In this document: positions 1 to 7,216 of the stretch, piece after piece
Layout of the letters: every line of letters starts with the position of its first letter
Position numbering within the stretch: position 1 is the first letter of the stretch
Assembly: GCA_013824325.1 (NCBI GenBank)
Contig: PNNP01000001.1
Location: 1 to 43,155, forward strand
DNA: 43,155 nt
DNA from: Thermodesulfovibrio sp.
GTDB taxonomy: Bacteria > Nitrospirota > Thermodesulfovibrionia > Thermodesulfovibrionales > Dissulfurispiraceae
Direction: 5' to 3'
Notes under the pieces: generated by a model
The model's input: only the letters and a program-made list of their open reading frames with translations
The model's database searches: none
What the model was told of the DNA's origin: nothing
Position numbers and translations under genes: made by a program

Positions 1-136
1 CATTCTGTCGTAACGGTATATGTTACCGCACGCATCCGCGTGCTGACAAATAACTCAACATCTTGCTTTCGATACAGATGCCTCACACATTGCTGGAAAT
101 TTATGAATTGTTAGGGTTAAGTTATACTCTATCTAT

Positions 137-1339
137 ATGGAAAACGGGCAGAGGTTTTCAGCTTTATACAGCAGGGACTTCAGGCTTTTCTGGTTTGGAC
201 AGATAGTATCCCTCTCGGGCACATGGATGCATTCACTTGCCCAGAGCTGGCTGGTGTATTCATTAACAAAATCCCCCCTTTATCTTGGCATAATTGCATC
301 GCTCGCCTCACTGCCAATTCTCTTGTTTACATTAATCGGCGGTATAATTGCTGATAAATATCCCAAAAGAAGCATTCTTATTATTACGCAGCTTCTGTCT
401 GTGCTGCCTGCACTCTTTGTCGGCATTCTTACTGATATGAATATCATTACAGTATGGCATGTTGGAATAGCTGCTTTTTTCTTGGGTACGGTGAATGCAT
501 TTGATGTACCCGCGAGACAGGCTTTTCTTGCAGAAGTGGTCAGTAAAGGAGACATTACCAATGCAATTGCCCTTAACTCTGCGGCATTCAATGGAGCAAG
601 AATTATCGGACCTGCAATAGCAGGATTTATAATTGCCAGCATAGGCATTCCGGCTTGCTTTTATCTGAATGCAGTGAGTTTTGTTGCGGTGATTTTTGCC
701 CTATGGAAAATAAGCTATAGGGGAGCGGTAACAGCTTATCACAGGGGCATTATAAATGATATAGCAGACGGCTGGAATTTTGTTATAAAGACAAGGTCCG
801 TTTTATATATCATGTCTTTGATTTCGGTATTCAGTCTTTTCGGCATTCCTTATATTACGCTTCTGCCTGTACTCGCTGATGAGATATTAAATACGGGCGT
901 TAAGGGTTTCAGCTTTTTAGTTTCTTCAGCAGGCGTCGGCTCTTTTCTCGCTGCCATGATGATAGCTTTCAAAGGAGAGGTTAAACACAAGGGGGTTTAT
1001 ATTTCTTTCTCGGGATTTATCTTTTCAATAGCTATTTTGGGTATCTCATTTTCAGAAAGTTTTTATTTCTCCATGTTTCTTATTTTCTTTGCAGGATGGG
1101 GGATTGTGAGTTTTTTAGCCATGGGCAACAGTTTTATTCAGCATGCTGTGCCTGATTCTCTGAGGGGAAGGGTCATGAGTTTTTATACTCTGGTTTTTCT
1201 TGGTTTTATGCCACTGGGCAATGCCTTTATAGGTATTGCTGCTCATTTCTGGGGTACGATTGTGTCATTAAAGGTTTTTGCAATAGTATGCATACTGGGT
1301 AGTATAATATTTATGAAATTCTTCAGAAGGAGTCATTAG
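137..1339 (+). CDS. MFS transporter (about 12 TM helices)
   Basis: 400-aa ORF, hydrophobic throughout. N-terminal RDFRLFWFGQ..S..G.W and the GGIIADKYPKR loop are typical MFS (DHA3/EntS-like) motifs. No SD; a TATACT box at 123-128 lies 8 nt upstream of the ATG. Confidence 0.8.
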   Translation: MENGQRFSALYSRDFRLFWFGQIVSLSGTWMHSLAQSWLVYSLTKSPLYLGIIASLASLPILLFTLIGGIIADKYPKRSILIITQLLSVLPALFVGILTDMNIITVWHVGIAAFFLGTVNAFDVPARQAFLAEVVSKGDITNAIALNSAAFNGARIIGPAIAGFIIASIGIPACFYLNAVSFVAVIFALWKISYRGAVTAYHRGIINDIADGWNFVIKTRSVLYIMSLISVFSLFGIPYITLLPVLADEILNTGVKGFSFLVSSAGVGSFLAAMMIAFKGEVKHKGVYISFSGFIFSIAILGISFSESFYFSMFLIFFAGWGIVSFLAMGNSFIQHAVPDSLRGRVMSFYTLVFLGFMPLGNAFIGIAAHFWGTIVSLKVFAIVCILGSIIFMKFFRRSH

Positions 1340-1381
1340 CTTGAGAAATGCAGATGTATTATTTGAGTTAATTGTCAAGAT

Positions 1382-2071
1382 ATGAAACTTCTTGCAATAG
1401 AAACTTCAACAATGCTCGGCGGCGTGGCAATAGTGGATGAATACACACTTGTTGCAGAATCAAGAATGAATGTGAAAGTCACCCATTCAGAGCGCATAAT
1501 GAGTGAGATTGACCATGTTCTTATGCAGTCCGGGTTGAATATAAATGATATTGATGTTTTCGGTATAGCGATAGGTCCCGGTTCATTCACAGGATTGAGG
1601 GTCGGGCTCAGTACTGTAAAAGGGCTTGTTTATGCTACCGGTAAAAAGCTTGTTTCGGTTTCAACACTTGAGGCATTTGCATGGAATGTGCCTTTCAGCA
1701 GTCATCAGGTCTGCCCGCTCCTTGATGCAAGGAAAAAAGAGGTTTATGTCGGCTTATTTAGGTGGGTTGACGGGGATTTTATCAGGGTTATGGAAGAGAA
1801 GGTTGTCAGAATAGAAAATCTCCTGTCGGTGATAAACTGCCCTACAATTTTTCTTGGAGAAGGGGCGATTATTTATAAGGAAAGCATAGAGAATAAACTC
1901 GGTAATATTGCCCTTTTTGCCCCTCCTCAAAAGATGGTGCCTTCGCCCTCAAATGTTGCATATCTGTGTATGAGGAAAGCTAAAAGAGGTGAGTTCAGCG
2001 ACCCTGTCAGCCTTGTGCCTTTTTATCTAAGAAGGTCTGAGGCGGAAACAAAAGGTAATGGTAGTCATTGA
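1382..2071 (+). CDS. tsaB: tRNA t6A37 threonylcarbamoyl-transfer protein TsaB (YeaZ)
   Basis: 229 aa. The N-terminus MKLLAIETST..GGVAIV and the GIAIGPGSFTGLRVG motif are characteristic of TsaB. It is followed by rimI with overlapping stop/start, the classic tsaB-rimI pairing. Confidence 0.85.
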   Translation: MKLLAIETSTMLGGVAIVDEYTLVAESRMNVKVTHSERIMSEIDHVLMQSGLNINDIDVFGIAIGPGSFTGLRVGLSTVKGLVYATGKKLVSVSTLEAFAWNVPFSSHQVCPLLDARKKEVYVGLFRWVDGDFIRVMEEKVVRIENLLSVINCPTIFLGEGAIIYKESIENKLGNIALFAPPQKMVPSPSNVAYLCMRKAKRGEFSDPVSLVPFYLRRSEAETKGNGSH

Positions 2072-2511
2072 ACACTATATTTATTCGCGAGATGTATCCT
2101 GAGGATGTCCCTGATGTTGTCAGTATTGAAAGGGACTCTTTCAATACGCCTTGGTCTGAGACATCGTTTTACAGTGAGATATACAGCAGGTATTCAATAA
2201 CAAAGGTTGCCGAACTGAACGGAGCAATTATCGGGTATATAATTGTTAAACAAATTGCCGATGAATGCCATTTGCTGAATCTGGCGGTCCGTTCTGATTA
2301 CAGAAACAGGGGGATTGCAAAAATGCTTCTTGATAATATTTTTGATGAACTAAAAATGAATAAGTGCAGGTTCCTTTATCTTGAAGTAAGAGTATCCAGC
2401 CACGCAGCAAGAAGATTATATGAAGGATCCGGATTTAAGGTTGTCGGGATGAGAAAGAATTATTATTTACATCCCACAGAGGATGCGGTTATTATGATGC
2501 TGGAACTTTAA
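2068..2511 (+). CDS. rimI: ribosomal-protein-alanine N-acetyltransferase (GNAT)
   Basis: 147 aa. GNAT acetyl-CoA motif NLAVRSDYRNRGIAKMLL. TTG start overlaps the tsaB stop by 4 nt. Confidence 0.85.
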   Translation: MNTIFIREMYPEDVPDVVSIERDSFNTPWSETSFYSEIYSRYSITKVAELNGAIIGYIIVKQIADECHLLNLAVRSDYRNRGIAKMLLDNIFDELKMNKCRFLYLEVRVSSHAARRLYEGSGFKVVGMRKNYYLHPTEDAVIMMLEL

Positions 2512-2540
2512 ATGCTCTTGCACATTTTTATATCAATTTT

Positions 2541-2549
2541 TGGTATAAT
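2541..2549 (+). promoter_or_regulatory. extended -10 promoter element (TGGTATAAT) upstream of the FmdB-type gene
   Basis: TGnTATAAT match in the 108-nt intergenic region. The downstream gene has a GGAGG SD. AT-rich background, so this is moderate evidence only. Confidence 0.4.
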
Positions 2550-2619
2550 TGCAACGTTTGATTTTCAACAGTCAAATATGCAAAATTATCTATAAAAAAA
2601 GTGCTTTGGAGGTCTGTAA

Positions 2620-2823
2620 ATGCCGCTTTATGAGTATGTATGCAAGAAGTGCGAGGAATCTTTCGCTGTACTGCAATCTTTAAATTCTTCGGAGAGTAAT
2701 ACTAAATGCCCCAAATGCGGCTCCGGCAATGTAAAGAAAAAAGTTTCGTCATTTAGTTATTACTCATCTGTATGTAATATCCATTCCCCTTTTGGCTCAT
2801 CAAAGGGTTTTGGCGGGGGGTGA
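2620..2823 (+). CDS. FmdB-family zinc-ribbon protein (CxxC...CxxC)
   Basis: 67 aa starting MPLYEYVCKKCEESF, with a second pair at CPKCGS. This is the signature of the FmdB/CxxC_CxxC_SSSS family. GGAGG SD lies 7 nt upstream. Confidence 0.75.
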   Translation: MPLYEYVCKKCEESFAVLQSLNSSESNTKCPKCGSGNVKKKVSSFSYYSSVCNIHSPFGSSKGFGGG

Positions 2824-2834
2824 GGCTCTTCCTT

Positions 2835-2865
2835 CTGAACCGTCGGTTCAGTATTTGTTATTTTA
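2835..2865 (+). terminator. intrinsic terminator hairpin between convergent genes
   Basis: CTGAACC-GTC-GGTTCAG forms a perfect 7-bp stem (2835-2851), followed by TATTTGTTATTTT. It sits 12 nt after the FmdB stop and reaches into the larB stop codon. Confidence 0.6.
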
Positions 2866-3601
2866 GTCCAAGCATATTTATTCTATGAGATAGGCATCCG
2901 GCTCCGAAACCGTTGTCTATATTTACTACTGCTATCCCCGGCACGCATGAGTTGAGCATCGAGAAAAGTGCTGTAAGACCTCCGAAACTTGTGCCGTAGC
3001 CAACAGATGTCGGCACAGCTACTAAGGGTTTATCTGTTAACCCGCCAACAACAGAAGGCAGTGCACCTTCCATTCCTGCAACAACCACATATACTCTGGC
3101 TTTCTGGAGCAATTTCTTATGATTAAGCAGGCGATGAAGCCCTGCAACCCCGACATCATAAAGTCTTTCGGTTTTGCTGCCCAGAAATGATGCGGTAACT
3201 TCAGCTTCTTCAGCAACAGGTATATCGGATGTGCCGGCAGTGATTATTAAGATATTCCCTATTTTATTGCGGGATTCACCACAGAAGATGATTTTTGACT
3301 CAGGATAGAATTTTGCTTTTTTCAGTTTTAACTCCCTGTACATTTCTTCTGAAGCTTTTGTAATAAGAAACCGCCCGCTTTTCCTGAGCATTGAGCGGGC
3401 TATTGTTATCACATCTTCTGTTTTTTTGTTTCTGGCAAATATTACCTCGGGGATATCGGTTCTTATCCCCCTGTGATGGTCAATCTTTGCAAAATCAAAA
3501 TCCTCATAAGGCAGGTGCTTCATAATATCAAGTGCCTTATCAATGGATGTTTTGCCGCTTTTAACATCAGCAAGGACTGATTTTAATTTTTTGCTATCCA
3601 T
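2858..3601 (-). CDS. larB: nickel-pincer cofactor biosynthesis protein LarB (PurE-like NaAD carboxylase/hydrolase)
   Basis: 247 aa. The N-terminal helical part (LPYEDFDFAKIDHHR..R) plus a PurE-like core (IITAGTSD..VAEEA, VVAGMEGALPSVVGG) matches LarB architecture. Confidence 0.8.
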   Translation of the reverse strand: MDSKKLKSVLADVKSGKTSIDKALDIMKHLPYEDFDFAKIDHHRGIRTDIPEVIFARNKKTEDVITIARSMLRKSGRFLITKASEEMYRELKLKKAKFYPESKIIFCGESRNKIGNILIITAGTSDIPVAEEAEVTASFLGSKTERLYDVGVAGLHRLLNHKKLLQKARVYVVVAGMEGALPSVVGGLTDKPLVAVPTSVGYGTSFGGLTALFSMLNSCVPGIAVVNIDNGFGAGCLSHRINMLGLK

Positions 3602-4586
3602 AAAACTCTGATTTGAGCGAGCGGTTCATCAAATCTCTTACCACTTCAACAGGTGACTTGTCTTTATAAAGGGTCAGATAAACCTGTTCTGTTATCGGCA
3701 TTTCAATGCCGTGACTTTTTGAAAGCTCATATGCAGAAAGGGTGGTAGTCACACCTTCAGCAATGTATTTTGTCTGGCTTATTATATCTGAGAGTTTCAG
3801 CCCCTGACCGAGTTTGTAACCTACTGTATAATTTCTTGATAAAGGACTTGTGCAGGTTAAAAGCAGGTCTCCTATGCCGCTCAATCCAGAGAATGTAATT
3901 TCCTTTGCATTCATCCTGATACCAAGTCTTGTTATTTCAGAGAGTCCCCTTGTTATCAGGGCAGCCCTTGCATTATAACCGAGACCGAGACCGTCACACA
4001 TCCCTGAAGCAATGGCGATAATATTCTTAAGAGCACCGCCGATTTCAACACCGATAATGTCATTATGCGTGTAAACCCTGAAATAGTCTGTATTGAATAT
4101 TTCCTGCAGAAGCAAGCCTGTCTTTGTATCCTTTGTTGCAAGGGTCACTGCTGTAGGCTGTTTTGCTATAACCTCTTTTGCAAAACTCGGTCCTGAAATT
4201 ACAGAAACTGGTTTGTTAAATATTTCCTTCAGTATCATGGAAGGCGTCAGAGAAGTATTTATCTCTATGCCCTTGGATGCGCTTATTATTATGGAATGTT
4301 CATTGATGTATGATTTGAGCTGGCTGAAAACATGTCTTATATATTGTGTCGGCACAACATTTAAAATATACCGGGCTTTTGCTACATCCTGAATATTATG
4401 TGTAGCTGTGAGCATTGGAGGCAGTTTTACATCAGGCAGGTAAATATGATTTATCCTTTCCCGGTTTATATATTCTGCCAGCTCCTCTTCATGAGTCCAG
4501 AGTGCTACATCATATCCTTTTTCCGCTAAGATGGACGCAAGGGTGGTTCCCCAGCTTCCAGCACCTATGACTGATATATAACCCAT
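3594..4586 (-). CDS. gpsA: NAD(P)H-dependent glycerol-3-phosphate dehydrogenase
   Basis: 330 aa. Rossmann GAGSWGT near the N-terminus, plus GPSFAKEV and GALKNIIAIASG motifs typical of GpsA. Overlaps the larB start by 8 nt. Confidence 0.95.
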   Translation of the reverse strand: MGYISVIGAGSWGTTLASILAEKGYDVALWTHEEELAEYINRERINHIYLPDVKLPPMLTATHNIQDVAKARYILNVVPTQYIRHVFSQLKSYINEHSIIISASKGIEINTSLTPSMILKEIFNKPVSVISGPSFAKEVIAKQPTAVTLATKDTKTGLLLQEIFNTDYFRVYTHNDIIGVEIGGALKNIIAIASGMCDGLGLGYNARAALITRGLSEITRLGIRMNAKEITFSGLSGIGDLLLTCTSPLSRNYTVGYKLGQGLKLSDIISQTKYIAEGVTTTLSAYELSKSHGIEMPITEQVYLTLYKDKSPVEVVRDLMNRSLKSEFYG

Positions 4587-4677
4587 AGAGTTAAAAATAT
4601 AACAGAAACATTTTTATTTGGCAAATTTAATTGCTTCCCCGCAGGTCATAATGTAAATTTTTAGTATGAATTTTACC

Positions 4678-4706
4678 TTGACAGCAGGCAGTATTCCATA
4701 TAAAAT
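4678..4706 (+). promoter_or_regulatory. near-consensus sigma70-type promoter TTGACA-17-TAAAAT, 7 nt upstream of the ATG at 4714
   Basis: TTGACA at 4678-4683, an exact 17-nt spacer, TAAAAT at 4701-4706. It lies inside the 5' part of the ORF-track call 4666..5220. Confidence 0.5.
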
Positions 4707-4713
4707 CAAAGCC

Positions 4714-5220
4714 ATGAAAATTACAGCCCTGTGCCTCTGTTTTATTATTCTATTTGCCTCCGCATCCTTTGCCCTTAATGTTAATGACAGCGCGCCTCTA
4801 TTTTCTCTCAGGGACAGTAGCAGCAAGATTTTTTATTTAAGCGATTATACAGGCGTAAAAGGGCGTAACACAAAAGGATTAATCATTAATTTCTTTGCCT
4901 CTCACTGCGAGCCGTGCAAACATGAACTGCCTGTTTTAAACTCTCTTGTAGATGAATTTAAAAGCAAAGGCATAAAAGTTGTGATAATCGGCTACAGGGA
5001 GGATTTTGACAAGATTTTTGAAATGCTCAATGAGATTAAGGTTGACAAGCCGATAATCCTCAGTGATGTATACGGCAAGGTTGGCGAGAAATACGGAGTA
5101 AAAGGCTTGCCGATGACTATCTTCATTGGGGCAAACGGCAAGGTGAAAGACATTATAAGAGGAGAGCTGCCGAATATAGAAAAGGTATTGAGAGAGAAGG
5201 CTGGCAGGCTGTTGAGATAA
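4714..5220 (+). CDS. TlpA/ResA-like periplasmic thiol:disulfide oxidoreductase (thioredoxin fold, CEPC)
   Basis: The ORF track starts at 4666, but the signal peptide (MKITALCLCFIILFASASFA) starts at the ATG at 4714. CxxC active site FFASHCEPC, plus GLP (cis-Pro) in YGVKGLPMT. Start choice is uncertain (4666 vs 4714). Confidence 0.75.
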   Translation: MKITALCLCFIILFASASFALNVNDSAPLFSLRDSSSKIFYLSDYTGVKGRNTKGLIINFFASHCEPCKHELPVLNSLVDEFKSKGIKVVIIGYREDFDKIFEMLNEIKVDKPIILSDVYGKVGEKYGVKGLPMTIFIGANGKVKDIIRGELPNIEKVLREKAGRLLR

Positions 5221-5238
5221 TCATTTAACCGCATTTTA

Positions 5239-6750
5239 ATGGAAGGCATTATGCGCAAGGCTTTAACAATTTTCATTATCCTTTTTGTATTTGCATCCGC
5301 ATCCTTTGCTGCTGAAAGGAAGAAACAGACAATAAAACGTGTTGAAACACACATAGCTGTTTTTGACCTTGAGATAACAGGCAAGGTTGACAAAAACATC
5401 TCCCGTCCCCTTACCGAAAGCATAAGACTTGAAATCGTAAAGACAGGCAAATACGAAGTTATAGACCGCAGCAATATGAACAAGGTACTTACCGAGCAGA
5501 AGTTTCAGAAGTCAGGCTGTGTTTCAGGAGAATGCATAGTTGAGGCAGGGCAGTTGCTTGGAGTTGGCAAGATAGTTATCGGCTCTGTGAGTATAATCGG
5601 CAGCACATATTATCTGTCTCTTTCACTTGTAAATGTTGAGACAGGCAAGATAGAGTTTTCTTCTGAAGACAAATGCAAGTGTGAAGTTGATGAATTAATA
5701 GAATCGAGTAAGCGGCTAACAAAGAGACTGATGGGCGAAAGCGCAGGAGAGCCTGTCAAAGAGCCAACCCAAAAGAGCTTTTCACTTGAAAATATTGAAA
5801 GAGAGGCAAAGGAAAAAGAAAAGAAAGGAGAGGCAGAAAAGGCTTTATGGAATGCAAAGATGCAAGAGATGAAGAAGGCATTTAATCAGGTAATTGAATA
5901 TGAAAAGAAAGATGTAAAACTACAGCAGAAGGCTGATGCATGGAAATACTTCTTAGAATCCTTCACAGAAGACAACCCTCATTCCAAAGAAGACGATGAA
6001 ATGAGGAAAAAAGCAAAAGAGAAAGAGGAATACTATCAAGCAATGTCAAAAAGACCAAAAGACTGGGGCAAGGCTGTCACAGACACCACAGGCTTAGAAA
6101 TGATCCTTGTCAAAAGCGGGTGTTTTCAGATGGGGAGTGATGGCTATTATGCCCATGAAGTCTGCGTAGATGACTTTTACATTGGCAAATATGAAGTAAC
6201 ACAGGGGCAATGGAAGGCGATAATGGGGGATAATCCATCACGTTTCGAAGACTGCGGAGATAACTGCCCTGTTGAAAGCGTAAGCTGGGATGATGTGCAA
6301 GAATTCATAAATAAACTTAACCAGAAGACAGAAAAGAACTACCGCCTTCCAACAGAGGCAGAATGGGAATATGCCGCAAGGAGTGGAGGAAAAAACGAAA
6401 AATGGGCAGGCACAAGCAATCAATCAGAGCTTGGGGAATATGCATGGTATAGAGAGAACTCAGGAGATAAAACACATCCAGTGGGACAGAAAAAGCCTCC
6501 TAATGGACTTGGTATATATGACATGAGCGGAAATGTATGGGAATGGGTGAGTGACTGGTTTGATGTGAACTATTATAAAAACAGCCCGAAGGATAACCCT
6601 AAGGGGCCAAGCAGCGGTAGTTATAAAGCGCTTCGCGGCGGTTCCTGGCGCGACGATGCGGGAGCACGCGTTCTGCGTATCGGCCAGATTTCGACCTCGG
6701 CGGGTACGTTCCTAGCAGCTGGCGCGGCAACTACGGTTTTCGGTTGGTGA
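5239..6750 (+). CDS. secreted multidomain protein: signal peptide + LpoB/CsgG-like domain + K/E-rich coiled coil + FGE-sulfatase (C-type-lectin fold) domain; 3' end frameshifted
   Basis: The FGE-fold motifs are clear (YRLPTEAEWEYAARGG, GNVWEWV, RGGSW). The last 28 codons of the called frame are non-homologous. The canonical ending (RSAYR...GFRLVRTP*) is in another frame and stops at 6759-6761. Alternative start ATG at 5251. Confidence 0.8.
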   Translation: MEGIMRKALTIFIILFVFASASFAAERKKQTIKRVETHIAVFDLEITGKVDKNISRPLTESIRLEIVKTGKYEVIDRSNMNKVLTEQKFQKSGCVSGECIVEAGQLLGVGKIVIGSVSIIGSTYYLSLSLVNVETGKIEFSSEDKCKCEVDELIESSKRLTKRLMGESAGEPVKEPTQKSFSLENIEREAKEKEKKGEAEKALWNAKMQEMKKAFNQVIEYEKKDVKLQQKADAWKYFLESFTEDNPHSKEDDEMRKKAKEKEEYYQAMSKRPKDWGKAVTDTTGLEMILVKSGCFQMGSDGYYAHEVCVDDFYIGKYEVTQGQWKAIMGDNPSRFEDCGDNCPVESVSWDDVQEFINKLNQKTEKNYRLPTEAEWEYAARSGGKNEKWAGTSNQSELGEYAWYRENSGDKTHPVGQKKPPNGLGIYDMSGNVWEWVSDWFDVNYYKNSPKDNPKGPSSGSYKALRGGSWRDDAGARVLRIGQISTSAGTFLAAGAATTVFGW

Positions 6751-6761
6751 GGACTCCGTAG
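6628..6761 (+). other. GC-rich, A-poor, NNC-codon-rich cassette: candidate DGR variable region (VR)
   Basis: By my own count there are 87 G+C and only 17 A in 134 nt, against an AT-rich context. Codon usage shifts to CGC/GGC/GCG. Restored-frame codons at non-scaffold positions are almost all NNC/NNT. See findings. Confidence 0.5.
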
Positions 6762-6833
6762 TATTTAAACTTTGAACTTTTACGCTTTGTCTCTTTTGTC
6801 TCCTCTCCCTTGACCTCCGCCCAACCCCTCTAA

Positions 6834-6863
6834 TTTGAAAATTCACAAAAACTTTGGTATGAT
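6834..6863 (+). promoter_or_regulatory. putative promoter of the TA pair (TTTGAA-18-TATGAT with extended TG)
   Basis: TGGTATGAT at 6855-6863 and TTTGAA at 6834-6839. It lies about 40 nt upstream of the SD (AGGTGAGGTG) and the ATG at 6905. Confidence 0.4.
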
Positions 6864-6904
6864 ATACACATATAATTACACATATATGACAGGTGAGGTG
6901 CAAA

Positions 6905-7216
6905 ATGAAAAGAACTAACATAATGCTTACCGAGGAGCAGCATAAATCATTAAGTGCTTATGCTAAAAAGGAGAAAAAGACTCTTGGAGAGCTTGTCCGT
7001 CAAGCGCTGAATATTAAATACAAAAAGAGGGATGTGATAGAACACAGAAGATTGATAGCAGTCGAGGCTTACAAAGAAGGTTTTATAAGCATTGGCAAGC
7101 TGTCAGAAATTCTCGGAACTGATACTGTTAGCATAAGGCTTTACTTAAAAGAGCATGGCATTTTGATCAATACTCAGGGCATTGACGAGATTCGGAAAGA
7201 TATAGCTAATGCCTAA
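6905..7216 (+). CDS. antitoxin: ribbon-helix-helix N-terminus fused to a UPF0175 (COG2886) domain
   Basis: The ORF track starts at GTG 6893. The ATG at 6905 has SD AGGTGAGGTG 4 nt upstream. TNIMLTEEQHKSL is RHH-like. The C-terminal half AYKEGFISIGKLSEILG is UPF0175-like. Overlaps the downstream PIN gene by 8 nt. Confidence 0.7.
   Translation: MKRTNIMLTEEQHKSLSAYAKKEKKTLGELVRQALNIKYKKRDVIEHRRLIAVEAYKEGFISIGKLSEILGTDTVSIRLYLKEHGILINTQGIDEIRKDIANA

Noticed and set aside
1-136. Left-edge fragment: an open + frame to 114, a possible minus-strand ATG at 35-33, and a GC-rich hairpin GCACGC-ATCC-GCGTGC (28-43).
   Set aside because: Too little sequence to assign a gene on either strand. The hairpin lacks a U-tract and cannot be tied to a gene end within the window.
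6801-6830. C-rich tract (G-rich on the minus strand: GGGGTTGGGCGGAGGTCAAGGG), considered as a G-quadruplex or DGR IMH/hairpin element.
   Set aside because: The G-runs are irregular (one run is only GG). No inverted repeat is present, and it lies about 40-70 nt beyond the stop. It is noted under the VR finding but cannot be supported as a separate feature.
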